Of a stretch of 64,000 nucleotides of DNA, positions 1-14,200 are shown one piece after another. A model generated the notes under the pieces. It did no database searches. It was not told the DNA's origin and was given only the letters and a program-made list of their open reading frames with translations. Source of the stretch: Marsupella aquatica. Lineage: Eukaryota > Plantae > Marchantiophyta. Every line of letters begins with the position of its first letter. Position 1 is the first letter of the stretch. A program made the translations under genes and the position numbers. The stretch is taken from NCBI GenBank assembly GCA_973895155.1, contig OZ316891.1, forward strand, positions 14,725,037-14,789,036, read 5' to 3'.

Positions 1-3000
1 CCTGGCTGCTATGCTGGTGCAATACATTGGCATGGGGGCGAGGGCGGGGCGAGAGTAACAGCGGAGAAATACAGGGCGCCTAATTATGATCACAGAGGCG
101 TGTTTGTACCTGGAATGCTAAATCAATGCCCTTCTCTCCAGACTTGCTGTCGTCCATTAAGTGCATGTGATTGATTGATGGCAGGCAAATACATCACCGG
201 TGGCGTTCCCAACAACGGGACTATAAAATACTGTATACCTATGATCGTACTCATACCACCTCACTGGACTCCTGTACCACTGTACCAGCAATTACGGGTT
301 CTGCCCATCAGGAGATAAACTGATGTATAGTACTCCATACGTCCATCACAGCTCAGAAATCTCCAAGAATTGCGGAGAGGGCTGCAGTCACTGATTTATC
401 TTTCTTATTTTCTCAAGCGAAGCGAAAGGGCGACTACCACTCCCCCCTTACGCCTTTCACGAGAACTGCTTTGTAATTATCGAAGACATATGTATCGTCG
501 GATTCTCTTGATAATAAGGCGCAAACAAGGGGTCTCATATCTTGAATTTGATGGACATTAACTTAGTAGTTGAGATTAACTATTAAAAAAATTATAAACC
601 ATTAAATTCATGATCCATAAAGTTTTGCCAAAAATATTTGGTATTATGCCATGACCATGAGTTATGACCATGAGTTATGACCATGAGTCGCTGTAGAGGC
701 TAGTGTAATTGTTTTGTACATAACCTTGTAAAAACCTTTGGCCATTTTGTTTACGTTTGAAAGCAATATATCATCAGTAACTATGAAGCTTTGAGACAAC
801 CTAATGATGCCTAAATCTGAGTTTAGCAAAGGGACCTGAGTTTTTGTATGATTCACCAGGCAGACCATTTCCCAGTTGAGATTTGGGTAGATTTTTGCCT
901 TAAAAGAATGGCTGGCTGGAGTTTTGCATAGTGCAATGCCCATTTTGGAGAAGAAACAAATTGCAGCTCAGTGTAGAAGCATAAGGTTTATTGAAAACCA
1001 CTTGTAGCTAGGGTACGCATCATGGAATCAAACTATCAACATTGAGAAATGCCTGTCAACAAAGGAGATGGAAGAATGCGGTGTTTTGTTTAAAAGTGCA
1101 TGAATGTGTGAATATAAAATGTCTAAATTTGAAGTCTGGTGACCCTGAGAAAATGTGTGCAATTGCTACTTTGTGACATGAAATAGAAAATAAGTACATA
1201 ATTAACACCCCTAGAAAAGGAGGGAGATCTCATTTGGGCATGGGCTGAAAGTACTCAAGTACCATCTTACTCATCCTACAAGGATCCTCTGTCGATTGGA
1301 CAGCAAGATCTCAGAGTCCCATGCTATGTAGACAAGGCCAGCATAGTAGTTTTTGCAAGAGATTTTTTCATTAATGAATAGTAGGGCAGCTGATTGTTGA
1401 CAGGCAACAAATAGTTTTACTTAAATGTCCCCCAAACTAGTCTACTAACCTGCCCTTAAACCCAATCTAACCATCAGGTTGCCCCCATTTTTATATGTGG
1501 ATTGGTTTAACCAGACTCGCTCTTCAACAAGGTCATATAAATTGAATTGCAGGGTGGTGATGATAGATATGTACTGCTTACTTTGACCACTATTCAACCA
1601 AAATGTTGAAAACAGGAAATACAAATCCCTCTAACTATAGATCTTTATGTGGGCCTTGTGTCCCTGTTGAGCAACAATTGGGGCACCTTTCTTGCTCAAA
1701 GGTGCACCAAAGCCAGGCCTTGTTTGATGCATGCCTGCAACCCTTACCATGGTCTCATCTTCACATCCCTGGGTCTTAGGGTTGTGCAAGAATAAGGGCC
1801 GTCTTGTATGTGCAAGGTCCTTTGATTTCCGGCCCTCAAATGAACCCGTGGCATCTCTAAACAAAGTGACAAGCTGGCAGTCCTGATGGCTTGTTTGGAG
1901 GATATGCAAGGGCCGGAAAATTTCTGGCCCTTGAGGCCCTGGACTTTGAACTTTGAATAAAACAAAATGGCAGTAGATCCGACTGAATAAGCACTTCACA
2001 CAGAAGTTGTTTTGGATTGTGCTTAGATCCTGAATCCACACTTTTTCCCTACCACTGTGGGCTGCTAAGGGCACATTTTCAGGACTCTTGCACATGCAAG
2101 AGAGTCCTAATGTATTCTGTGCCAAACCACTGATGAAAGCCTTCTAGGGCAAAATTCTCATTATGACTCTGCATGTATGAGAATATTCAGATTTTAGTGA
2201 TCATTAAGCTTTTTTGAAAACAAACCTCCTTTCTGTCAGAGACATCAAGGATGAGACAAGATCCATTTAAACCACCACTACATGTCTAAAAATGAGGCAG
2301 AATTCGCCTACTATTGTAGCTTTTACCTAATTTGACTCTTCTTCTCAATCAATGATTGCTCCTATGCTACCAACCAAATCTAGTAAAAAACATGCAGGTC
2401 AAACCCATGTAGAGGAAGGGGTGTTTGGTTCTTGGGTATGGGTTTTTTGGTTATTGGATCTGCATATCAAATAGATTATACAGTAGCTTACCCTGTACTA
2501 GGTTTGTAATTGGGTTTTCATGATTTCAATCTATGGTAGCCAGTTGCTGAACTCTATTGTTCAGAAAAGTTATCACATGAGGGTTGGGGCTGCTTTTTAG
2601 CTGGCCATGATAGCTACATGTAGTAAACGAAAAGAAGGATGTGGCCAGACTAGGTATTTAATGTACCCCGTAACCAAAACCAGTAGGGTTGGAGATACTC
2701 TTAGATCCGCTGGTGGCTTAGCAGCTTGAGTGTATGTAGTAAACCCCCTAGACAGTAAACCACCACCCACTGGCATATAAGTGGAAGCCTCCAAATTTTC
2801 ATCCATTTTCATATTTCACTACCCTCTGGTAAACATGGTAAACCACCACTCACTGGCACTATATATATATAAATGGAATATTCCAAAAATTTCATCCATT
2901 TTCATTTCCTTGGGGACGGGGAAGGGGGGGGGGGGCGATTATAGTATGAACGGTGCTACATCGTGTGCAATTTTTTAGGTCTAGACCCCTAACTTATAAG

Positions 3001-6000
3001 TGAAAAATATGTTTTTCTTGCCCTTACTTACTTTAAAGTGGCCAATTTTATTATGTTTACCCCTAAAAAATTTAAATAAAGTCTGTTTTGTTTTGAATTA
3101 TATAATGCCTATAATTAAAATATAAGTAACTCATAAGTTGTAGCTCAAATTTCTGCGATCATTCAATTTGCTTTACCTTTTGCACTCGATGCAATTTACT
3201 CTGGCTCTCCACTTGACAATACATCCTACATCCGGGCCTACATCTCCTGATACAGTACATAGACCATGAAACTAAATAATCATAAATGATATCCGACCAT
3301 CAACTTGTCTATGTTGCTCTTGGAACTCTCAAATAGTGTAGGTTGGTGGGTACCATACACTGTGAATAGTAAACTATACACTATCAATTGTCTATTCAAG
3401 ACATCAGTTCTCTACCTTGCTTCACAAACCATTGCATGACTGTGAGGATGACTAAATCATTTCCTTATAATGGAGAGGAATTGAGCCAATGGCAACTTAT
3501 AACTCATTTGCTTGAGTTCATGGCCTCAGAGAAGAAGTAGAGGTGACCTTCACGACATGTCACTTGAATGCAAAATAAAGGTCCCTCTAATGTGAGTGGG
3601 GCAATGAACACCTCAGGATTGGGCTTAGCACTAGATTCAGTAAAACAAATAAAAACTGCATCCTAGTCATTCTTCAAAACAACTAGCAATACTCTTACTT
3701 GCAATTATAAACAACAATAACACAAGGCAATACAAGAGACACAAACCTCTTAGATATAAAAACTCAAGTTTTGCACATCATTCTTCACCAAGCTTCCCTC
3801 CTGGTTTTATTGCATATATCCCTTCTCTTCTCATGCATCCACATTAGAAACAGTCGTCCTCTTGAGCTAGATAAAAAGGGCATTTAAAAATAAGCGTTAG
3901 CAAAATAGGTAGCAGCAGATGTCCATGGCAAACAAAGTTTTTGCTCTAAGACCTCCAAAAAAGCATTATGGTTTTTTAAAGCGGACCCAAAAACTTAACA
4001 GACACTATTATTTTTTCATAAACCTTTGGAAGTCTTCCATTAGGACCATGTAAATAACCCTATACTTTGTTGCATGTGATGTGACACTTCTGTGGAAACC
4101 CTAAACCCCCCCCCCGCCCCCCAAGGTGTCATAATCCAAGTCTACCCTCCGCTGGTATCCACAATTTCAAGACAAATCTCCTCTACATGGTGCAACCTTG
4201 TGGATCCCGGTCTGATGAGGGAAAGTGGCAATATCACAAACTCAACCATATTATTTATAAATTATGCTTGGTGGGACCTTGCCAGGGTTAGGTTACCTTG
4301 CTCATTGAGGTAGTCATTCAGGGCCACACATGTTTAGGGTGAATAACACCAAACTAGGATTCTGCAGACTACCATCTGCATCCAGGTTTGAGCCCATTCT
4401 GAGCCCATTCCATTATTATTATTGTCAAGAAGTTGACTAGGATAGGTTCCGAAGCAAGTCTCGATCTGACAAGTTTGAACGTTGAGTTATTCAACACAGC
4501 CATAGTGTCTAGGCAGAATTCCAATATCCAGGTAAGGGGTACTCACTGTGGTAAACAGTTGCTACTGTGTGGATTGTGTTTTATACTCAAATACTATACT
4601 AAATTTTATAGTGCCCATTGTGAGTGATTGTCTATTTATGAAATGCCATTTGAGTAGGGAGAATGTATGGCCCTCTCGTAGAAAATGTATTTTGGTCAGC
4701 CAAAAACACCTTCACAGGTGCCCTCTGCCTCGCCATCCGTGCCTGAGTCTCCATGCCTTGCCCTCTATCTAGCCATCCATGCCTCACTCTCCATGCCTTG
4801 CCTTCGCTGATTGTGCAAGTCACTGGCATTGGGCTATTTACTAAATGAGAATAGGGATTGTGTCACACATTACAGTACCATGGTTTAAGGACCCACCAAG
4901 ACACTTTTGACTTTCTTGGCAAGACCAAGGCAACGTTTTGATGAAGAAATCCCACCAAACAAATTCCTCCCACATTATCATATGAACTGATTTCTTTGGT
5001 AACAAAAGTAACTAAGGGTGGATGAACTTGTACATTAAGCTTTGAGTGTTGTTATTTTCATAACTAAGGGTGCCTTCATAAGACCTCTTATGGCTAACCA
5101 CCATAACCATATTTGTGCAGAGTAGATTAATTTCCCTGTGCTTCTTTCATCCCTTTGAGATTAAACCTAGATCACATAAGGAGTGGAAATGGCTGCAGTT
5201 GACTTTGTAAGAACTGGGGACCCATTTAGCGATGTATCTACCAATTCACATAAGAGAGGCAGTTGGCCCATAAATGCTGGCGTGGAGTGATATCTTTGTC
5301 TAGCATTGTAGACTACCTCTCGAGGTGGTCCAAAACAATTTCAAATTTTGACTTATTCATTCTATGCTTTATTGAAGTTCATTTCAAAAGATGTTTGATC
5401 CCAAGTTTATCTTCACACGAAGAAATGGCCCTCTCGTTTGCATTGGTGAAATGTCACAAGTGTAGACATCTTGTAAAGACACCATATGCACATACAGGAT
5501 AAGAGTTTGAGCGTATCACGATTGTAGTTTCTTTCCAATTACAATCCAGTTCGAAAAGGAAAACCTTTCCCACCTTTTCTGATAGGTCCAGTGGTTTACT
5601 GTATGCAGTAATGAGTAAGGAGTCATAAAGGTCCTGTCATCGAAGTGTATTGAATATATTGCACTGTACAGGGTGACCATAACTTTACACTACCAGCCCA
5701 CCGAATATCATTGGGAAATGATACCAAAACAATGATTGACATACTCCGCGACATGACACGGTAATATTAACATTACATCCAAGTCGGTTCGGTTATTGGG
5801 GAATATCAATTGAATGTATGTGAGTCTATGATGTGAGTGTAGGACTTTATGCCTGCACACCATATGATTATTATTATTTTAATGTCCAAAGCAAGCTTGA
5901 CTGACTTTACTGTATGATGATTCGTTCCCATGGAGTGCACACATTCTTGGGAATCAGTACCCAAACATGACGTTATTTGCGAATGGCGCTTCTCTCACTC

Positions 6001-9000
6001 AAGTCTCCACTTTTCTATGGAAAAATAAGACGAGAGGAATAATCCTCTGAGGACCCCGTAACCAGGGTATTTTTTTGTGGCGAAAGTTGGCCAGTTTCCC
6101 CCCTCAATCATTAGCAACTTTTTCTGGGTCCCATCATTCGCCACGTCCCCCTACACCACAAGATCCAATCAGCCACCATCTGATGGTTCCCCTTAAATAT
6201 AGAGAGATCTAATAATCAAGAGCAAATATAATAATCTCATATAAGGAATATTCTTAATTTCTCGTCTCTGACACCAGCTACCATTGGCCACAGACGAATT
6301 AAAAAAACACTTAAAGATTATCCTCGTGACTGAATTTAAAAAATCCTTAAAGACTACCCTCATTGTGGGGTCACGAGGCACGACTCTCATGAGTGTTGGT
6401 GCTCTTGCTTCCCTGCTTGGTCTGTTGGAATCCCAAGTCGAGCAGAAGTGCACGCATGCAAAGTTAAGAACAGAGTTCAAGACACTTCAGTCCAAGACAG
6501 AGGATGCGAGGAACAGATTAAGGTAGACATGTGCACGACTTAATAATACACAGTCACTGACACATTTTCCTAGGTGGCCCTATCGAAAATGCTATTGCTT
6601 TTATTAATAAGTAAATGCATTTATAAGTATCTCTCTAATTGCACACTCACGGGACAAAGCAATTAAAAGCATCTGGTGTGCACTAAACAGGGGTTTGCAT
6701 TAATATTAGAGTTGTGCATTTAGCATTGTGTATGACTCAAAATTTGATGTACCTTAAGTACAAGATTAAGTTACCGATAGAAGTATGGACTACCGACTCA
6801 TTAGGTTTTTATCATAAATACTGATCATATGCTATGACCCTCAGTCAACATGGAAGCTACAGAAAAAATCTGAAAACTTTTAAACAACCCTGTGGAAAGA
6901 GCTACAGCCATTCTGGATGGTCAAAAGACACCTGCCATTTCTTTTGAGGACAAGAAACCATCACACCTGCAATGATGAAGCTCCGAGACTCACTAATAAA
7001 TCCCCAACATGATTGGACTATGTACATGGTTTTTTCCATCCTTACCAGAGCCTCAAACAGTCAAACGTACATTCGTCACATGCCAGGGTGCTGGGATTTT
7101 GGTGGTAAAACCTGCTGCTTGCCTCCGCTTGCTGTGGTCATTCCCCTCCAGTCCATACACTTTAAATGCGTTTGAATGTCATCCTCAGATTGTTGAATGT
7201 CACACATAGCAAATGTGAATCAAAATAAAATAAAGGAAAAATTGTGAATGAAATTAATGTACATTGACATTGAATAAAATGTACAACAAAAAATGCATAT
7301 TCATAGAGTTTACATTCTTCCGAGTTTGCCTGGAGACATGTGTTCACTCTACTGTAGAGATGCTTACAGTAGATTCCGTATACGTTGGACAACAAATCTC
7401 ATCATTATTCATGATATGTCTGTCGAGCAAGCATAGCATGTTCACCAATAAAAATCTTGTACTCTAATTAGAGTGGGGGGAGGGGCAAGCTTTTCAAGGT
7501 GATCGTACCCACTCCCAGCATCATTCTCCTCAATCCCGGTAGCAATGCGTGGCCGTCCGTGCAGGAATCCCGGCATTAAATGGTCGCAAGTCCGGGAAGT
7601 TTGGAGCAATAATTGCGTTGCATCAGAGATTACACATGACTCCAGACGCTGGAAAACCTGACTGTGATAGTAGTAGTGTGATTTGCATACAGTGCTCGAA
7701 TTGTCCACCCCAGGAGCCTCATCAGGGTGGATGCGTCAGTGGAAGATCCAAGCCTGCAATCCTGAACACAGTAGAAAACAATAATTTGTACAACCCCTGC
7801 GTCCGTTATTTCCATCGTTTGAAGTCCGAAATAGAATCCAGAATGACCACTCATCTGCTCCAGCTCCCTCCCGTGAAGCATATCCAGCGCCAGGAGCGGG
7901 CTTCGTATTTTTAATTGGGAAAAACAGCTCGACGCAGCAGTAGTGTAGGCCACTGAGCCAGTGGGTCTGCGGTCATCAGTCTGCTGCATATTACATGCTG
8001 CGTCCACGTTTTTGATTATTGGCATCTATCTCAGATTCTCATCAGAACGGCATGAGTGCCTTTTAGGGCCAGAGACGGCCAAAACCGAACGGCATGTCCG
8101 GCGCTAACTTTAGCTACGGTGCCGTTGGCAGCTGGCCATCCATGCCACCGTTGCCACGGACGCCGTGAACGCAGATGGCGGGGACTACATTATTGGTAAG
8201 TTCGTCGCTATTTCTGGCTGGGTTACCGACCGTTTTGGCCTCGGAGCCCCACTCCAAAATCCAAATCGCCGACGTTTTTCCCGGGGATGGATGGAGTCAA
8301 TCATCTAATAATCAGGGCTCCACTCCGAGTCTCCGACGTCTTTCCCGGGCTTTGGAGACGGCCAACGGCCATAGATCCAGTCAATCAGTGGAGGGGAGGA
8401 CAGCGGCAGTCAAGTCAGTCAAGACAACCGATACGCTAACAGGTCCACTTCTGGAAAGGAGCAGACTAGAGTAGACTAGACCCGCCAAAAAGTACGGCCG
8501 GCATTGGCCTGCCCACAGTAGACGGAGCCTACGGTAGTCAAGTCACCACAGCAAACTATAGTCGCAGGTTGTGAAACCCGAGGGTGAGTTTAGCTCACCT
8601 GGTCCACCTGGAGGAACCATGGGAGTACGCGTTTTGCCCAGGAAAACGGAGATCGCCTGTTTGTGCCATTATTCCCCCCTTTGTGTGTTTTGTGTGTCAG
8701 ATGACTTATTAGTCGAAAAATAGCTGCTGGCGCCACCACACCCTCTCCGTGCGTTGCCCAGAAGGCAGGGCACCTCAATAGCCGGAGGAACATAAACGAT
8801 GATCATCAGCAGCAAGCAATGCTAGTGTGAGGTCTGGGGCTCTGCTCTCTTTTGTAGAAATATCTCCCCCAGAGAAGAAAAATAAATAAATAAACGGAGG
8901 AATATAGAATATGCAATATATGAGGAGCGGAACTGGGAAACACCGACTTGTGCAGGGCGGCAATCTGGCTGGTGATCTGACGCTCACCGTCGAGCGAGGG

Positions 9001-10337
9001 GAGGGGAGGATGGGGTACAAACGGACAAGCCAGGCGTGCAAAGATGACAGGCTACACCTAGCACCTAGGGAGGGTTTTGTGAAACACCGATACGTCAGAG
9101 ACGGGCAGGTCGCGTGGGATGTGTGTCGTAGCGTAGGTATGGTGTGCGGGTGGCGTAGCGATGCCGATGCGGGATGCGGGTTGGCTCGGGCTGGGTCGGG
9201 TTGGGTTGTCTGCATGGGGATTGGCGAGGGCGTTGGTTCGTGCCGGTTTCCCGAGCCCGCGAGTAAATGTTGCCCCCATGGGGCCATGGGGGTGTGAGTC
9301 GACCAGGGGAGGGGAGGGGGGGGGGGGGTGGGAGGGGGTAGTGCGCTGTAGACTTTGGGTCGTTACGTCTTTCCTGTCTACAGGAGAGTTGTGGGGACGA
9401 CCTCCCGCAGCAAATGTTGCCTGGAGTATATATACTTGCGTCTTGCGATCAGATTGAAAATGGCAGCTGAATCTCGATCTGGGTCTCGCCGCAAGACGCT
9501 TTTCACTGTAGCAACTTTGTGCGGCAGACGTGGATGTCGTCTGCTGTTGCTGCCCTTGACGGTGGCGTTTTGTCAAGCTTTCTTAGTTTCTTGTGCCGAC
9601 CTCGCGTCCACGCCTGGCTTCACGGGATCAGTCATCGATCTGGGATGGCTTGACATACCATGGCGCGCCTCTCTTTCCACGGAACGGGGCCGGCACCGTG
9701 ATGTGAAATTCTTCGCTGAATTGTAGACGGATGGGTTGTGGGTTTGTTTCGGATCTGATTTTCTCTTCTCGTGATGGTTTGTTCACCTCTGAGTCGGTGT
9801 GCTACGTCTTGACAATATCACGGCGGCCGTGCGCTTGTTGTCCATGTCGCGTAATCTGCTAAACAGATGCTTCTGGAACTGGCGAGTAAGGAACAGGTAT
9901 CCGCTTGTCTCAGAACGAAATACAGCACTGGCGGCTTCTGCTGGACAACTTCACTGTGATACCGGCAGTCTACTGATTTGTAACAGCGATCCCGAACCCT
10001 AGAAGAATGCTTTTTAGAATGTGCCGTAGATCAAAACATCATCGTCAAGTTTTGTGACATTCGCGAGTGCAGGCTGGCTGGGTTGCACCATCCTGGGCAC
10101 ATCATTGTAATGGGTTTTACACACGCCATTAGAAAAGTCAGAACTCTCTACTCCGTCGATCGAGGCTCGCCAGTCCCTGGAGGTTTTCGATAGCGTCCAT
10201 AAGAATATCGCCTGTGAACACCTCAGAGGAACAGCCCAAAAGGCGCCTTCCACTCCTGTACCTTTGTCAACCAAGAAATGTGAATCTCTCAGTCTGTCTA
10301 GCGCAGGAGCCCATCTTGGCTCGAACTAACCCCTCTC

Positions 10338-10417
10338 AGTGATTCTTCCCATCAGATTGATCCCTGTGATAGATCGTAGTGATTCTTCCCATCAGATTGA
10401 TCCCTGTGATAGATCGT
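10338..10417. repeat. Perfect 40-bp tandem duplication
   Basis: agtgattcttcccatcagattgatccctgtgatagatcgt occurs twice in tandem. Confidence 0.9.
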
Positions 10418-11016
10418 ACTTGAATTGCTCCTACCCTACCGCCTCACGACCTTGATGTTCAACCCCAACCCTAAACTTTTTACAGTGTCTGGATATTGCT
10501 CCGTGCTCGTCTTGATGGCTTTTACCCTAGCAACGGTAAGTTTTGTTTTTGCCGTGTCTGCAAGGTCTGCGCATTGCTAGACGAAAGTCTACGTAGTCCC
10601 TCTCTTGAAGAGTGTAGTTTGGTTCCTCTCATGCCATGTTGATGCTGTCCACGAGTCGGTTGGTACGTTCTCCGTTCAATTGGTGGATGTTTTAGACGTG
10701 CGTGAGAGAAGTACAACTTCTTGTAATGTGAAGCTTGGTTGTGTGTCCACACTTGTTGCGGGCAGATATCGAGGCTCACCTATTAATTTATGAGTCACTC
10801 ATCTGAGTGCTACACTACTGGAATAATGTGGTCATTTAATTGCGGAGCCTGTCTTCTTTCAGTCGTTGTCAACGCTCTTCTTTATTAGCCCGCGTAATTT
10901 CTGCTGAGGTCGCTCCAGTACTTGGCGCGTGTAGGACGAAGGACCACACAAGATCATCTAGGATTATGGTGTGGTCTTTCACAACTGTTTACCAGCAACT
11001 GGATCGACATTCAGCA

Positions 11017-11203
11017 GCTGGATTCACATTTAGAAGCTCCTTCTTCGACGGGAATGTTCTACCGCTTCTGAGGCGGTCTCTCTTAGAAAAACGGAGTACT
11101 TCGTACTCTGCTGGATGCACATTTAGAAGCTCCTTCTTCGACGGGAATGTTCTACCGCTTCTGAGGTGGTCTCTCTTAGAAAAACGGAGTTCTTCGTACT
11201 CTG
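11017..11203. repeat. 93-bp tandem duplication
   Basis: gctgga..cacatttagaagctcc...cttcgtactct occurs twice with about three substitutions. Confidence 0.9.
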
Positions 11204-14200
11204 CAGGGAAGGGCTGGATGGTTGAGTGAGATTACCAAGCTTAAATGGAATGTCCGAGGTTTGGAGCCGGTTGCAGTGTACACGTGGAGACGTCAATTTT
11301 GGGGGGCATTTCATGTGAGCTTGGTAGTTTTCACTCAGCCAGTCTCTGCATAAATGTCTAGGGTTCGGAGAGTTCGAATATGCGCATGGAAGCTCGAATT
11401 CATGAGGTTGATCACGAGCTTGGTTTTTCGTATCCAGCCGCATCGCACATTTCGTCTAGCATTCTAACTGGAGCAATCGTTCCTCGGACAGCGAAACTTG
11501 TCAGGCTTTCACTCCGGGTTTGATCGATAGATGTTACCGGGGTTGTTCCTTGCGCAGCCTCCGCCTGAGATCCTTTGATGTGGAGCAGGGGTGAAGGGTG
11601 CGCGTGGGCTTATGAACTTCTGAACTTTTGTTGTCTCTTAGCTGCTCCATTTGGATATCCTGGCAGACACTCAGTTTGGTTAAGTTTTACTGGTTACTAC
11701 TAACAAGTTCGGAAGTTTCTCGCCAGCGAGTCGGTTGTGAAATGGTGGCCTCGGTCGCTGTTTTGAGGCAATCTGTGCGATGAATCCGTGGCCTGGAAGC
11801 TCGCAGACATAGTATTGACTGTTCTTGCTCGACTAGTGTTTGGGCATGAAATGTTTGGGGTTGGATCCGCTTGATCTGTATGTGGCGAGTTCGTTAGTTA
11901 CTTCATGAGTTACTCAGCCATTCATAATCAGAAGTTTTGTCAATGTCTCTCTATATGCGTGGGTGACATCTGATCTGTTCTATTGTTGTTGGTGTCTGTC
12001 TGCACAGACACTAATAGACATGCAAATTTGAAGTAGTGGTTGCCCGAGAACATGATCGTGGCAGTTTCGCTTGACGTACCTATGAATATATGGAGTTTTG
12101 ACAATCTCTTTGGGCCCGTAAGTGACATTATTCTGATCTGATATATTGTTGTCGTTCTCGGCCTGTACAAACACTAATGGACATGGCGAACACAAGGTTG
12201 TCGGGTCCACGTTTTACAGTGCTGAAATGAATTTAAGACTTGGTTGGGCATTCGAAGTAGTCACGCCCACGTGCGTCAAGCCGAGCTTCCTCTACTTCGC
12301 AGTCTCTTTCATTACGCGAACGCTACAGATGCGTGGTGATGGAAGCTGTCATCTTCGTGGAACTTTGTCCATGCCAGCAAGTTGGTAATCTGCAGGATTG
12401 AGATTAGTTCGTACGTATGAATTCACTAAGACTTTGTGGCCTGGCTTTGGAGCACTGGAGGAGTTTGTTAATCTCGAGTAGTGATCGAGGGAGTTCTCGT
12501 CGCTCTATGCTGTCCGAGTGTAGCCCTTTGGACTTAGGAGTAGGTAGTGCTTACGGCGAAGTTCTCGTAATGTGATGGTCTCTAGCTGTCTAACCTACCT
12601 GGGCTGGAAGTATACCGAGTTGATGGTACGCTGGAGATGTGACGCCATTCGAAAGCTCCGGTACAGTCTAAAACATTTCACAGTTGTCGGGAGTTTTTTA
12701 CAATATCTTACGTTTTATGCACTCTGGGTACCCTTGTGGAAGGCCACAGCCGAGTTGTAGCGGAATGTCTGTCATCCTGTCATTATAAACAAGTGATACT
12801 TGAAATGTGGAACTGAGAAAGTGGATTGTGGAATTCATTGGGAACTTACTCTTGTCGGTGTTGAATCTAATAGTTGTCAAGATTACTTCACTTCGGAGGG
12901 AGTGATACTTGAAATGTGGAGCTGTCAAGGTAGATAATGGAATTCATACGTTGGGACCTCTCTGTTGTTGGTGTTAACCTCTTGCTTGTTCTTAAGAGGC
13001 TTCGGAACCCAGTCATACAGACAGTACCCTCCATCATTGACAGTGGAAAACTGATATAAATAAAGACTCTTCGAAAAGTCATAAATTCAAACACAGGTCA
13101 TCTAAGAAGTCTAGTGCAAAAGCTCATGTTCATCCCCAACTAACTCTTTCCTTTATACATTAAGAAAGATGGGAGAAAAACGTTTTCTGAATTGAAAGTA
13201 CTCACCTGCACAGTACAAATGGCATCTATGTCCTCCGGCCCTCTTTGCGTTTAAAATGTGTAGTGCAGACACAAATTTCTTCCGGTAGAATGACACTAGG
13301 TGAAATGAGTGCTGTCAGCCAGCATTTAAAGTGGCTTCTAGTTGGCCACGATTCAAAAGGTCGGTGACCGGGTCCTCGCTGTTAAATGGGCAGACGACAG
13401 AAACAATCATCGCCATGTACAGTCTGCTCGTGGCGCTAAACGAAGAGATTCCCTCGAAGCACCTTACCTCTGGTGTAGTTTCGTTCTGAACGCGTGCTTT
13501 CTTTATTGTGACCTTCTCCACAAGAGTATTTCGCCTTACCTTCCGCCAACCCATCCTTCTCTCATTAAAAGTGATGTAAAGCAATCTACCTCTCTGAAAT
13601 GAGTCCAGGAGTTTGCACACATCGGAGATCGATGTAGAAGATAGCTTCTATTACATATTGGTTTCGTAATGCCAGATGAGGATGGTGCGTCGAATGTGAT
13701 AGACTTACGACATGTAAGCCTTCCACGAGAATTGCCATCTGTGACAGTATGACGTAAAAGCTGTACAAACCAACGAATTCACCAAGGTAGAACGATCGAT
13801 GCAAAACGCACTTCTAAGTCAAAAACAAATTCCATCACAAACATGAGATACTCGAGTTCATTTTGCAGAATACAATCGATCATACTAAAAAAGAAATGGC
13901 ACAGACTCTATGTGGTCTGGAGAACATAATTCAGGCAGCAACAGACACCCTGTATCTAATGCCAATAATCTGCACCCATAGTTATAATTGAAATAAAACA
14001 TCGACACCCTTTCACTCACGTTTAGTGTAAGTAACTAATTCGTGTTACCTACAGTCACCAATTAGTGCATGGAGTTTTTCTTATAGAAAGAAAACTCATT
14101 CATTGTTTTGTACTTTGTCAAACTGTCCAAATTGTGTATGTCTCTCTACTACTGTGGCTCTCGCCAAAGCAGGGAGATAGAACTTGGTCTCTCGAGTTCT

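Noticed and set aside
8775-9726. 120-170 aa ORFs on both strands
   Set aside because: A GC-rich region with overlapping frames and no motif support.
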